Source of the DNA: Candidatus Curtissbacteria bacterium
GTDB taxonomy: Bacteria; Patescibacteriota; Microgenomatia; Curtissbacterales; GWA2-41-24
Reading direction: 5' to 3'
DNA length: 64,000 nt
NCBI GenBank assembly: GCA_016183325.1
Contig: JACPEV010000011.1
Location: 36,782 to 100,781, forward strand
Of this stretch, positions 52,308-62,800 are shown piece by piece (position 1 is the stretch's first letter; every line of letters starts with the position of its first letter). Under the pieces are notes generated by a model. It made no database searches. It saw nothing but the letters and a program-made list of their open reading frames with translations, and was not told the origin of the DNA. The position numbers were made by a program, and so were the translations under genes.

Positions 52308-52736
52308 TTGCAAGTAAATTCAATGAAGGCTTTGCGCAAGAATATATATCTAGATATTGACGGAGTAATTTTAACCAGAGGCGTAACACCCGCACTTCAC
52401 TTGGATAAATTTCTAAAGTACATCTTAAGTAATTATTCTGTTTTCTGGCTGACGTCTAAATACCAAGGAGACAGTAGAAGGATAATTCAATATTTATCCC
52501 AATTTCTTCTTCCCGATACAATTGATTTGATTGGGCAGATTAAAGCAACCAGCTTTCGCTTAGACAAAACCGAGGCCATAGACTTTAGCAAGGACTTTTT
52601 CTGGATAGACAACGAACTTTTTGATTCGGAGAAAAATACATTAAGAAAACATAACTCATACGACTGCTGGATTGAACTGGATCTTATCAAAAATCCGAAC
52701 CAACTTCTCGATCTTGTTAATAGCAAACTAAACTGA
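52308..52736 (+). CDS. Hypothetical protein with HAD-like motif I (YLDIDGVIL)
   Basis: 142 aa. Only the DxDGV motif is recognised. Confidence 0.4.
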   Translation: MQVNSMKALRKNIYLDIDGVILTRGVTPALHLDKFLKYILSNYSVFWLTSKYQGDSRRIIQYLSQFLLPDTIDLIGQIKATSFRLDKTEAIDFSKDFFWIDNELFDSEKNTLRKHNSYDCWIELDLIKNPNQLLDLVNSKLN

Positions 52737-52821
52737 TAAATTTGAAAATTCAATAGAAGGTGGATAAGATTCTCGTTGAATTACTTGATGGCTTTTGTGA
52801 AAACAAGCTATAATTGGGTCG

Positions 52822-53076
52822 ATGGTTGAAAGATCTTCCCCCTGTCAACATTACTGGTTAATTGAACCACCTCAAGGTCCAACTTCACCTGGAGTGTGCA
52901 AACATTGTGGAGATAGCAAAACTTTTTTAAACAATCTTGATGGAGGATACAGAGATAGAGATGATTTGCTAAGTGATTCTACGGGGGCATTTGATACTCA
53001 AGATGCCCAGCAAAGGGCCCGCAGGCATATTACAAGGCTGTTCAGCGCAAGTAGATCCCAGCTTGGAGGTGATTGA
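52822..53076 (+). CDS. Small Cys-containing protein (84 aa), possible zinc ribbon
   Basis: PCQHYW...CKHCG. Confidence 0.3.
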   Translation: MVERSSPCQHYWLIEPPQGPTSPGVCKHCGDSKTFLNNLDGGYRDRDDLLSDSTGAFDTQDAQQRARRHITRLFSASRSQLGGD

Positions 53077-53079
53077 TCT

Positions 53080-53328
53080 TTGGCAAAAGTAACAATGTAC
53101 ACAACTAGAACTTGTCCCTTTTGCAAGATGCAAAAGGACTATTTGTCAAGTAAAAATATTTCCTACGATGAGGTTTTGGTTGATGAAAAACCGGAAGAAG
53201 CCCAAAAAATGATTGAGATTTCTGGGCAAATGGGTGTGCCGTTTACTGTTATTGATAAAGACAATGGACAGCGGGAAACGATTTTGGGATTTGATCAAAA
53301 GAGAATTGATGAAGCCCTGGGAATTTGA
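53080..53328 (+). CDS. Glutaredoxin/NrdH-like redoxin
   Basis: MYTTRTCPFCKMQKDYL (CPFC active site) and C-terminal GVPFTVID. Confidence 0.75.
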   Translation: MAKVTMYTTRTCPFCKMQKDYLSSKNISYDEVLVDEKPEEAQKMIEISGQMGVPFTVIDKDNGQRETILGFDQKRIDEALGI

Positions 53329-53339
53329 TCTTGGAAATT

Positions 53340-53550
53340 AGTTATTAGAAAGCTTGCTTCGAGCAAGTTCTCTTGCGAGAAGTGGAAAGTGGTATTGGAA
53401 ATCAGAAGTGGGAAATGGTTGAAAATGAATTTTCCATTTTCAATTTTCCACTTTCCATTACTGCTTTCAAACTTCCAAAAACCATTTTCAAAATTCATCC
53501 CTTATTTCTTCATACTTGATACTTAATACTTGATACTTAATACTTAAGAT
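53340..53550. repeat. Intergenic array: inverted GGAAAGTGG/GGAAATGG motif blocks (53380-53470) followed by a 4x ATACTTRAT tandem repeat (53508-53546)
   Basis: tggaaagtgg...gtgggaaatgg // ccattttcaattttccactttcca; then atacttgatacttaatacttgatacttaatactta. Confidence 0.6.
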
Positions 53551-53552
53551 AT

Positions 53553-54893
53553 ATGCGCATTTTTTTCTACGGGGCGTGCAGGGAAGTTACGGGATCGAAT
53601 ATTTTGGTGGAGGTTGCAGGCAAAAAAATTCTTCTTGATTGCGGTATTTTCCAGGGCAGTCGGATGGCAGAGGAAAGGAATTATTCACCTTTTGTGTTTG
53701 ATGCAAAAAGTATCGATGTGGTAGTGGTTTGTCACGCTCATCTGGACCATACTGGCAGATTACCAAAACTGGTAAAAGACGGTTTTCGCGGAAAAATTTA
53801 TGCAACTGCCCCGACTGCTCAGTTAACCGAGCTGGTGCTTGATGATAGCGAAAAGCTGATGAGGGAAGAATCCCAGAGGGATAACCATCCACCGCTTTAC
53901 GGTCCTGCAGAAATTGAGACGACGATGGAGCTTTTTACCACAATCCCTTACGACGAAGGCGTTGAAATTTCTCCCGGTATTAAAATTACCCTGAAAAACG
54001 CCGGACATATTCTTGGATCTTCTGTTTTAATTTTAGAAACTGAAGGAAAAACTCTTGTTTATACAAGCGATCTTGGCAATGCACCATCTGAGCTTTTATC
54101 TCCTCCTGAAAGGATTGAAAAAGCAGATTTTGTGATTTCGGAAACAACTTATGGCGGTAGAGTTCACGAAGATATCACTAAACGTCATGCGAAGTTAAAT
54201 TCGATAATTAACTCCACAATTTCCGAAAACGGTGTTTTAATGATTCCGACATTTGCCATTGAGCGCACTCAAGAGTTACTTCACGATATAGAGCATTTTT
54301 GTACGATCGCCAATTGCACGATCCCGACTTTTTATTTAGATAGTCCGTTGGCGGAAAAGGTGACTCGTGTTTTTCAAAAGTATCCTGAATATTTAAATCC
54401 CAGGCTTAATCTTGCCCATGATAATGATATTTTTGGACTCTCTCGCTTACGGATCACTTCAACTGTCGATGCGTCGAAACAAATTGATGATGCGCCTAAC
54501 CCTAAGATAATTATAGCCGGATCAGGTATGATGAACGGAGGAAGAATTTTATACCATCTGCAAAATTATATCGGTGATGCCAACAGCACACTTTTAATAG
54601 TAAGTTATCAGTCTGGCGGCACTTTGGGCAGACGACTTATCGACGGGGAGAAAGTTATTAAGATTTTTGGTAAAAAGTATAACGTTGCCGCAAATGTCGT
54701 GGCCATTGGATCTTACAGCGCTCATGCTGATGCTCCACAGCTTTTAAGGTGGCTTTCTACTATTTCGGGCGTCAAGAAAATCTTTTTGGTTCATGGGGAG
54801 GGTGATCAGGCGCTGGCTTTCGGCGAGTCGGTGAAGGAAAAAATGGGTGTTGATGTTATCATTCCGCAACAGGGAGAAATGTATGAATTATGA
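53553..54893 (+). CDS. MBL-fold β-CASP RNA-metabolising hydrolase (RNase J-like)
   Basis: VVCHAHLDHTGRLP (HxHxDH), β-CASP motifs downstream, C-terminal H in LVHGE. Confidence 0.8.
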   Translation: MRIFFYGACREVTGSNILVEVAGKKILLDCGIFQGSRMAEERNYSPFVFDAKSIDVVVVCHAHLDHTGRLPKLVKDGFRGKIYATAPTAQLTELVLDDSEKLMREESQRDNHPPLYGPAEIETTMELFTTIPYDEGVEISPGIKITLKNAGHILGSSVLILETEGKTLVYTSDLGNAPSELLSPPERIEKADFVISETTYGGRVHEDITKRHAKLNSIINSTISENGVLMIPTFAIERTQELLHDIEHFCTIANCTIPTFYLDSPLAEKVTRVFQKYPEYLNPRLNLAHDNDIFGLSRLRITSTVDASKQIDDAPNPKIIIAGSGMMNGGRILYHLQNYIGDANSTLLIVSYQSGGTLGRRLIDGEKVIKIFGKKYNVAANVVAIGSYSAHADAPQLLRWLSTISGVKKIFLVHGEGDQALAFGESVKEKMGVDVIIPQQGEMYEL

Positions 54894-54911
54894 ATTGTTA
54901 AATTGTTTTTT

Positions 54912-55020
54912 GTCATTCTGGGGAGTGAAATCGAGTCTACTCGATGAAACGAATCCAGAATCATACTAAGAATGCAGATTCTGGACAAGCCCTAGACCCG
55001 GACCTTAGGGCCAGAATGAC
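54912..55020. mobile_element. MITE-like palindromic element, copy 3 (GTCATTCTGG ... CCAGAATC ... GATTCTGG ... CCAGAATGAC) with internal insertions
   Basis: 109 bp between the β-CASP gene and rpe. Confidence 0.7.
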
Positions 55021-55031
55021 GTATAGGAGAT

Positions 55032-55697
55032 ATGGCTAAAATAATACCGGGAATTTTAACAAATAGCGAAGAGGAGTATCATGAGCGGCTTCTTAAGGCC
55101 GAACACGTCAGCGACTTAATTCAAATTGATGTGGTGGACGGCAAATTCTCTGCCAATACTACAATCCAAACGGACGTTATTAAAAAATATCTTTCTTCAG
55201 CCCAACTTGAAATTCAACTAATGGTTGTTTTTCCTCAAAACTACATTGATGATCTAGCACCTTTAGAATACGTTTCCAGAATTATTTTCCCTTTTGAAAT
55301 TCATGGGGACGTTCGAGACGATATCTACTTAATCAAGAGATTCGGTAAACAAGCCGGAATTTCGCTAAACCCCGAAACCCCAGTTAAAGCTGCTATCCAT
55401 TTTTTTGACGATATAGACATCTTGCTTTTGATGACTGGTAAACCCGGATATTCAGGCCAAAAGTTGGGTGAGGACACTTACGATAGAATTAAAGAGGTTA
55501 AGAAAATAGTTCCTGATTTACCTATCGAAATCGATATTGGTGTTAACTTTGAAAACGCAGCAAAACTTGCTCACGCAGGAGCTGATTTTTTAGTTGCTTC
55601 GAGTGCTCTTTATGGCGCGCCCGATTTTAGAGTCGCTTATGAGAAACTTGCCAAATTGGCGGAAGTTAATGAAAAGAAAATGGTTGCTGGAAAGTAG
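55032..55697 (+). CDS. rpe: Ribulose-phosphate 3-epimerase-like
   Basis: LIQIDVVDGKFSANTTI and LLLMTGKPGYSGQKL resemble Rpe motifs. Divergent. Confidence 0.65.
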   Translation: MAKIIPGILTNSEEEYHERLLKAEHVSDLIQIDVVDGKFSANTTIQTDVIKKYLSSAQLEIQLMVVFPQNYIDDLAPLEYVSRIIFPFEIHGDVRDDIYLIKRFGKQAGISLNPETPVKAAIHFFDDIDILLLMTGKPGYSGQKLGEDTYDRIKEVKKIVPDLPIEIDIGVNFENAAKLAHAGADFLVASSALYGAPDFRVAYEKLAKLAEVNEKKMVAGK

Positions 55698-55826
55698 AAA
55701 ATAGTAATAGAAAGTAGAAATGGGAAATTAGAAATTTAACTCTTAACTATTTTCCAATCTCAAATTTCCATTACCATTTTCAAGTCTCTAGTTAACCAAT
55801 TTCTAGTACTTTGTTAATATTAAATT
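55698..55826. repeat. Intergenic inverted array of GAAAGTAGAAA/GGGAAATTAGAAAT motifs
   Basis: gaaagtagaaaatagtaatagaaagtagaaatgggaaattagaaat // attttccaatctcaaatttccattaccattttcaag. Confidence 0.55.
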
Positions 55827-56423
55827 ATGGCCAAAATTCAAAATGTAACCTTTTTGGGCTATTCAGATGCAAAAGAAAATGAAACCCTTTTTAAGCAAGC
55901 CTTCGATGTCGCAAAGCTTTGCGCCCAGCACGGATACACCGTAATCAACGGGGCTGGGCCTGGCGTGATGAAAGCGGCGACAATGGGCGCAAAGAGCGTT
56001 GGAGGAAAAACAATCGGTATAACTTTTTATCCTGTTGGCTTGCAGCTTTTTGAGGGCAGGGACGAAACAAACGAAGTGGACGAGCTGATTGTTGAGGACA
56101 ATTATCTGGCGAGAACCTTGAAGTTACTTGAGATTGGACAAACATTTATCTTTTTTAATGGGGGAACCGGTACTATTTCGGAATTTGCCATGGCTTGGGG
56201 TTTGGCACGGCTTTACTATGGCCATCACAAACCTTTGATTTTATACGGAGATTTCTGGCAGGAAATTATTTTTGCATTTACCAAAAACATGTATATCAGA
56301 GCTGAAGAAAGATTAGTTTTTAAGATTGTTAATAAAGCTGAAGATGTAATTTTCGCAATCGAGGAAACAGCAAAAAAAATAGCCAGTCATACAGAAGAAA
56401 AATCAGGCCCCTTTTCTGTATGA
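55827..56423 (+). CDS. LOG-family / TIGR00730 Rossmann-fold nucleotide-binding protein
   Basis: GGGPGVMKAATMGA and FIFFNGGTGTISEF. Confidence 0.8.
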   Translation: MAKIQNVTFLGYSDAKENETLFKQAFDVAKLCAQHGYTVINGAGPGVMKAATMGAKSVGGKTIGITFYPVGLQLFEGRDETNEVDELIVEDNYLARTLKLLEIGQTFIFFNGGTGTISEFAMAWGLARLYYGHHKPLILYGDFWQEIIFAFTKNMYIRAEERLVFKIVNKAEDVIFAIEETAKKIASHTEEKSGPFSV

Positions 56424-56430
56424 GTGTTTC

Positions 56431-57429
56431 TTGCTCATGGATAAAATATTTGAATTAATTACAATTGGTGATTCTACCGTCGACACTTTTCTTAAGATAC
56501 GTGATGCGACAGTGGAGTGTGATATTAATCATGAAGACTGCAAGATTTGCGTTAAGTATGGTAGCAAAATTCCGGTTGATTCGATCGGACATGGGGTTGC
56601 CGGAAATGCAGCAAATGTGGCGGTTGCGTGCTCAAGACTAGGTCTCAAGTGCGCTATTTATACAAACCTGGGAGATGATGAACCAGGCAAGAGTATTTTC
56701 GACGAGTTAATCCGGCAACAAGTTGCCCCTGATTATATCAGGACAAATCCAGGAAAAAATTCTAATCTTTCTGTTGTAATGACTTATCAGGGGGAAAGGA
56801 CTATTTTTGTTTACCATCAAGACTGGTATTACAAACTGCCTAATCTTGCCTCATGCTCTTGGGTTTATTTAACTTCAATGGCCGAATCCTTCACGAATTC
56901 TAACATCATGGATGAAGTTTGCCATTATATCGATAAGTCGCGCGCAAAACTGGCTTTTGGTCCGGGAACCTACCATTTAAAAGCAAGTGTCGCACGTTTC
57001 CCAAAAATCCTAGAAAGATGCCAAGTTTTATTTGTGAACCTTGAAGAAGCAAAAACAATCCTAGGCATTGACGAAGCAGAAAAAGTAAACGTGAGAGACC
57101 TTCTTTCGAAAATGCTGCTTTTGGGACCAAAAACCGTGGTCATAACTGATGGTGAGGAGGGATCATATGCAACTGATGGACAGGTAGACCTCAAGGTTGG
57201 AATATTATCTTCTCAGGTGATCGAAAAAACAGGCGCAGGTGATGCTTATGCTTCCGGTTTTATTTCTGCTCTTTTTTTGGGCCGGTCACTGGCGGAAGCA
57301 ATGGTCTGGGGAACAATTAACGCGTCTTACGTGATTCGAACTGTCGGTGCCCAAAACGGGTTGTTGACAAGAGAACAGTTGATAAAGTATCGAGGGGAGC
57401 TTAAAGGATTGACGGCAACTAAATTTTAA
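56431..57429 (+). CDS. PfkB-family carbohydrate/nucleoside kinase
   Basis: N-terminal ITIGDSTVD; GNAANVA; C-terminal GAGDAYASGF. Confidence 0.8.
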   Translation: MLMDKIFELITIGDSTVDTFLKIRDATVECDINHEDCKICVKYGSKIPVDSIGHGVAGNAANVAVACSRLGLKCAIYTNLGDDEPGKSIFDELIRQQVAPDYIRTNPGKNSNLSVVMTYQGERTIFVYHQDWYYKLPNLASCSWVYLTSMAESFTNSNIMDEVCHYIDKSRAKLAFGPGTYHLKASVARFPKILERCQVLFVNLEEAKTILGIDEAEKVNVRDLLSKMLLLGPKTVVITDGEEGSYATDGQVDLKVGILSSQVIEKTGAGDAYASGFISALFLGRSLAEAMVWGTINASYVIRTVGAQNGLLTREQLIKYRGELKGLTATKF

Positions 57430-57433
57430 AAAC

Positions 57434-58396
57434 ATGCCCAGCGTATATGTAACTGCCGAAATCCCCCAAAACGGCATCACGATTTTAACGAAAAGAGGGT
57501 TTAAAGTTCAGTCTAACTTGGGGCGTAGATTATCTAAAAATGAGCTCAAGGAGATTTTCGCCAAATATGATGGTGTGGTAACTTTATTAACCGATCACAT
57601 TGACGAGGAGATTATCAAGTCCTCTAGAAATCTTAAAATTATTGCTAATTTTGCTGTAGGTTTTGACAATATTGATGTTTTGGCGGCAAAAAAACATGGC
57701 GTTGTGGTTACGAATACTCCTTCGGTAGCCAATATTTCTGTTGCCGAGCACACAATGATGCTAATTTTAGCCTGTCAAAAAAGATTAATTGGGGCAGATA
57801 GATATGTCAGGGCGGGGAGATTAGAACGCTGGGACCCACTTATGTTTTTATCACCCCAAGTTTGGGGAAAAACGATTGGGATTGTGGGACTTGGAGGGAT
57901 TGGTCTGACTGTTGGACAGATGGCGCTTCAAGGGTTTAAGATGAAAATTTTCTACAACGACATAATTCGTGCCCAGGATTTTGAAATGATAAGTGGGGCT
58001 AAGTTTGTAGACCTGGAAACTCTTCTTTCAAGTTCTGACATTGTAACTCTCCACGTGCCCCTGACTGTTAAAACGCATCACATGATTGATAAAAAAGAGT
58101 TTTCTCTTATGAAAAAAACTGCGATTTTTGTTAATACTTCAAGAGGATCTATCGTCAATCAGGAGGCACTTATTTGGGCTTTAACAAATGGGATTATTGC
58201 GGGAGCGGGGCTGGACGTATTCGAAAACGAACCTCACGTTCCCCACACGCTTTCGGTCCTTGGTAATGTGATTTTGACTCCACACATTGGATCTGCCACT
58301 TTTGAGACTCGAGAGGCTATGGCCAAAATTGTCGCAGAAAATATTATTGATGTTTTTGAAGGCAGAACGCCTTTGGGACTTGTTAAGGTTGATTAA
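57434..58396 (+). CDS. D-isomer-specific 2-hydroxyacid dehydrogenase (glyoxylate/hydroxypyruvate reductase or PGDH-like)
   Basis: GIVGLGGIGLTVGQ NAD-binding motif and catalytic R/E/H pattern. Confidence 0.85.
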   Translation: MPSVYVTAEIPQNGITILTKRGFKVQSNLGRRLSKNELKEIFAKYDGVVTLLTDHIDEEIIKSSRNLKIIANFAVGFDNIDVLAAKKHGVVVTNTPSVANISVAEHTMMLILACQKRLIGADRYVRAGRLERWDPLMFLSPQVWGKTIGIVGLGGIGLTVGQMALQGFKMKIFYNDIIRAQDFEMISGAKFVDLETLLSSSDIVTLHVPLTVKTHHMIDKKEFSLMKKTAIFVNTSRGSIVNQEALIWALTNGIIAGAGLDVFENEPHVPHTLSVLGNVILTPHIGSATFETREAMAKIVAENIIDVFEGRTPLGLVKVD

Positions 58397-58417
58397 CTTT
58401 TAAACTTACTACAAGCC

Positions 58418-58771
58418 TCAACCGGTGGCGTTTTTGATGAGATCGATTTTGGGGGGATCTTGGGTATGATCGATGGCAACAACGTCAATACGTTCTAAAA
58501 GCGGTAACTTTTTGTATGAGTTGGCGTTTCGGTAGAATTTAGCGGCACGCACTAAAAAGAAGATTTTACTTTTGGTGATGGCTTCTTGAGGGTAGCCATA
58601 GGCAAGACTGGTTCTGGTTTTAACTTCGATAAAGACCAGGGTGCTTTTTTCAAGTGCAACGATATCTATTTCGCCGCCTCTAATTCGGAAATTGCGATCG
58701 ATTATTTTGTAGCCGCGCCTTTTTAAAAATTCTACGGCTAAGTCTTCCCCATGTTTACCAATATTTTTCAT
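58418..58771 (-). CDS. yraN: YraN-family (UPF0102) endonuclease
   Basis: GEDLAVEFLKRRGYKIIDRNFRIRGGEIDIVALE...FIEVKTR. Confidence 0.8.
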   Translation of the reverse strand: MKNIGKHGEDLAVEFLKRRGYKIIDRNFRIRGGEIDIVALEKSTLVFIEVKTRTSLAYGYPQEAITKSKIFFLVRAAKFYRNANSYKKLPLLERIDVVAIDHTQDPPKIDLIKNATG

Positions 58772-58783
58772 ATCTTTTCTATT

Positions 58784-58890
58784 GTCATTCTGGAGTCGAG
58801 TGAAACTCGACGATAGAATCTATTGTTGGTTATTAAAGCGGATATTGATTTAAGGGATTCTATCGCTCACTTCGTTCGCTCCAGAATGAC
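58784..58890. mobile_element. MITE-like palindromic element, copy 4 (GTCATTCTGG ... AGAATC ... GATTCT ... CCAGAATGAC); supplies the last ~14 codons and stop of rnhB
   Basis: 107 bp between yraN and rnhB, overlapping the rnhB 3' end. Confidence 0.7.
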
Positions 58891-59512
58891 GAAAGGAAGA
58901 AGCATAGAGAAAATCGAGATTATATGATCTGCGGTGAATATCTGTTAAACCGTGCTTTCTGATAGCGGCTTGATGAAAAGCGGTCCCATAGCCTTTGTGT
59001 TTACCAAAGCCATAGTCTGGGTATTTAAAATGTAGTCTTTTCATCAGATTGTCGCGGAAGACCTTGGCAATTATTGAAGCAGCGGCAATAGATGCGCATA
59101 TCTTATCCCCGTTTTTGACAGCCATTTGTTTTTGGCGGTTTAAGTACTTGATGTGAAAGGCATCAATAATTGCGAAATCGGCTCGCGGGGAAATGTTGTT
59201 TACGATTTTTCTAAAAGCGATAAAGGTGGCGGCACCGACGCCGATTTTGTCAATCTCACGAACGGAGACTTCGGCGATGTAACACCCTACGGCTGCCTTT
59301 TTAATTATCCGGCTGAGTTTGTTTCGTGCTTGGGGTTTGACTAATTTGGAATCGGCAAGGCCGTCGGGAATTTCAAAATCCGGGGCTAAGATGACACCGG
59401 CTGCTACCAAGGGACCCGCCCAGGACCCACGGCCAACTTCATCGATACCGGCTATATATTTATGACCTTTTTCCCAGAGAGATTTTTCGATTTCAAGATC
59501 GGGCAGAATCAT
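58850..59512 (-). CDS. rnhB: Ribonuclease HII
   Basis: IAGIDEVGRGSWAGPLVAAGVIL and downstream DSK motif. Confidence 0.85.
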   Translation of the reverse strand: MILPDLEIEKSLWEKGHKYIAGIDEVGRGSWAGPLVAAGVILAPDFEIPDGLADSKLVKPQARNKLSRIIKKAAVGCYIAEVSVREIDKIGVGAATFIAFRKIVNNISPRADFAIIDAFHIKYLNRQKQMAVKNGDKICASIAAASIIAKVFRDNLMKRLHFKYPDYGFGKHKGYGTAFHQAAIRKHGLTDIHRRSYNLDFLYASSFRHSGANEVSDRIP

Positions 59513-59783
59513 GCGTCTTGCGAAGGTGATATAGCTTTGCTCTGCGGACGTCGCCTTTTTTGACTACTTTGACGCTTTCAATTGAAGGTGAGTCAAGGGG
59601 AAAAATTCTTTCGACGGAAACGTGGGCGGAAGCATTTCTTCTGACTGTAAAAGTCTGATTTTCTTTTTGACCACGCAAGGCTATTACGATGCCTTCAAAA
59701 GGGGTCTTTGATAATTTTTGGTCGGAAAGATCTTTGGTGTAGACCCGAATTGTGTCGCCTACGTTAAATGTTGCTTTCTGCAT
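59493..59783 (-). CDS. rplS: 50S ribosomal protein L19
   Basis: FNVGDTIRVYTKDLSDQKLSKTPFEGIVIALRG...RRAKLYHLR. Confidence 0.9.
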   Translation of the reverse strand: MQKATFNVGDTIRVYTKDLSDQKLSKTPFEGIVIALRGQKENQTFTVRRNASAHVSVERIFPLDSPSIESVKVVKKGDVRRAKLYHLRKTHDSARS

Positions 59784-59825
59784 TGTGCGTACGTACTATA
59801 TTAGATTTTGAGCCTTGATGTCAAT

Positions 59826-62800
59826 TCAAGTCAAAATACGGCAACCTAAAACTTCTAGTTCTTGGGCAAGCTGCGAGGTTTTTTTTGCGCCGAAAGGAAC
59901 CTGGAATTTTTTAGGAGAGCCATTGCTACTTTGTAAAACTAGGAAAGTCTGATTGTCACCCGGATTAGATTTTAAAACATGATATATCTTGGAAAGAAGA
60001 ATTCTGTCAGCATCCTGCGGTATAGCTACTTCCAAAGTACTTTGCGGCTCAAATTCTTCTTCTTCGACTTGGTTAATTGATTTAACGCTCTGTGCAATTA
60101 GAATTGGAGTAGTTTCTCCTTCTTCAAGTTTACCGGCAATTAGAACAATTTGATCGGTAATTAAATAACTCCTTGAAGTTTCGAAGACCCTTGGGAAGAC
60201 GAGCACCTCGATTGTACCGGTCATGTCCTGAAGTTTCAAAAAACACATTTCCTCTTTTTTAACTTTAGTCAGGGTTTTTCGCAGCGAGGTGATAATGCCT
60301 GCTATTTTGACTGATCTTGAAGTCGCCGGGTCTATTTCACTAATTGTAATGCTGGCTATTTTTGCAATTTTGGCTGCGACTTTAGTTAGCGGATGCTCTG
60401 TGAGATAAAGACCTAACAGTTGTCTCTCCCAGGAGAGAATTTCTTCTTTTGGCGCCTCTTCGATGGTTGCCAAAAGTGTCGATATACTTGCGGGAGCAGC
60501 CTGTTTTTCTAGTTCAATATCGTCAAAAAGGGTACCTTGCCCTTCTGCGATCGTTTTTGAAAGAGATGCGCCTTGAGATTTGATTTCGTCAAGGACCCTT
60601 AACATAGCATTTCGCCTGCCGAACCGATCCATTGCTCCTGCCTTAATTAAACTTTCCAGAGTTTTTCTATTGACCACTCTCAGGTTGACTCGCCTTGCAA
60701 AGTCATCAAGGCTTTTGAACTGTCCGTTGGTATCTCTTTCTGAAATGATCGCTTCTATGGCAGCGTCTCCGACATTCTTGATAGCGGAAAGTCCGAATCT
60801 AATGCTTTCTTCCTTATCATTTTCGATCGCGAAACCTGTTTGGGAGAAATTAACATCCGGAGGTAAAACTTTGATTGCCATTTTTGCACATTCTGCGACT
60901 GCAGCACCAATTTTGTCAGCATCATCAGACTCGGCCGACATAACGGCAGTCATGAACTCAACCGGGAAGTTGGCTTTCATATAAGCTGTTTGATAGGCAA
61001 TTACCGCATATGAAGCTGCGTGCGCTTTATTAAATCCGTAGGCGGCGAAAGGCTCAATATGCTTAAAAAGCTCATCGGCCCTTTGTGAAGTCATGCCATT
61101 TTTGACACAACCTGAGACGAATTTTTCTTTTTGCCTGGCCATTTCAGCTGGTATTTTTTTGCCCATGGCCTTTCGAAACTTATCTGCTTCCTCCCAGCTA
61201 TAACCAGCGATATTAATTGCGGTTAGCAGGACATCGTCCTGATATACAATCACTCCGTAAGACTTTTTGAGGTAATCAGCCATCCTTGGGTCAAAAAACT
61301 TTACTTTTTTGGGGTTGTGTTTTCTTTCGATAAACTCGGGAATAGAATTCATAGGACCCGGCCTAAAGAGAGAAATCATGGCCATGATGTCAAAAATGTT
61401 TGTAGGTTTCAACTCTTTAAGATAACGGGTCATTCCTGACCCTCCGAGTTGGAAAAGTCCCATTGTCTCCCCTTTTGCCAGAATTGCAAATGCTTTTTTG
61501 TCATCCAGTGGAATTGTCGAAAGATCGATATTTTCATTTCTGTTTCTTTTGACAATCTCGACGACTTCACCGAGAATTGAGAGATTCCGAATTCCTAGAA
61601 AGTCCATCTTCACAAGGCCTGCTTCCTCAATGTCGTACATGTCGTACTGAGTAATGATTTTTTCGCCCGAAGTTTCTTTTTGAAGAGGCGTGTAATAGGT
61701 AAGATCATCAGGAGCGATTACTACTCCCGCTGCATGAACAGAAACGTGTCTGGCGTTGCCTTCGACTTTTTCGGCTAAATCTAGGAGTTGTTTAACTTCT
61801 GCATCTTGTCTGTAGAGCTCTCCCAGCTCGCGATTTTGTTTTTTGGCTGTATCAAGAGACATATGAAAACCCTGGGCGCCTATTGGTATCATTTTGGCAA
61901 TTCTGTCCGCCTTTGAATACGGCCAGCCAAGAACTCTGGCTACGTCTCTTACGGCAGCTCTGGCCATCATTGTTCCAAAAGTTCCTATTTGAGCAACTTT
62001 TTCTCTTCCGTATTTGTCTCTAACGTACTCGATAACTTCGTCACGTTTATTATCGGCAAAGTCTACGTCGATATCTGGAAGGGTTGGTCTGTAAAGATTA
62101 AGAAATCTTTCGAATGGAAGTTCAAAGAAGAGTGGATCAACAGAGGTTATACCCAAAGCGAAGGAAACAAGACTTCCCGAAGCAGACCCTCTAGTTGTTG
62201 AAATAATTCCTCTTTCACGAGACCAGTTGACAAAGTCTGCAACGACTAAAAAATACGTTGAGTAGCCTTTTTTTGCTATAACCGAAAGTTCGTACTCTAA
62301 TCTTTCTTTTATCTCTTCGGTAACATCAGCAATCCTGTTTTTAATTCTCTCAAAACAAAGACTTTTTAAGTAATCATCTGGATTAATATTTTGAGAGACT
62401 TCGAATTTTGGAAAGGCAATTTTTTGCAGTGTAATTTCAATGTTCACTCTTCTTGCGATCTCTTGTGTATTTGTTACAGCTTCCGGTAAATCTTCAAACA
62501 GTTCCTGCATTTCATCTGAATTTTTCAAATAGTAAGTGGGTGAGTCGATCATGCGAAGCCTTTTTGTGTCCGAAATCATTTTGCCAGTTTGTATGCAGAC
62601 AATAGCATCTTGAGCTTGAGCGTCGAGGGGTTTAACATAGTGTATGTCATTGGTTGCGACAAAGGGAATTTTGGTGATTTTGGAGAGATTTTTAATGCCT
62701 TCAATTAATTTCTTTTCATCCCTAGCCATCTTTTCAAGTTCCTGATAGATTTCGGTTCCAGGAGTATTTGCTGTCATAAACTTTTCAAAAAGATGTCTTT

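Noticed and set aside
53508-53546. Possible CRISPR-like array (ATACTTGAT/ATACTTAAT tandem repeats)
   Set aside because: Units are only 9 nt and contiguous without spacers, and there are no cas genes. It is a simple AT-rich tandem repeat in a promoter region.
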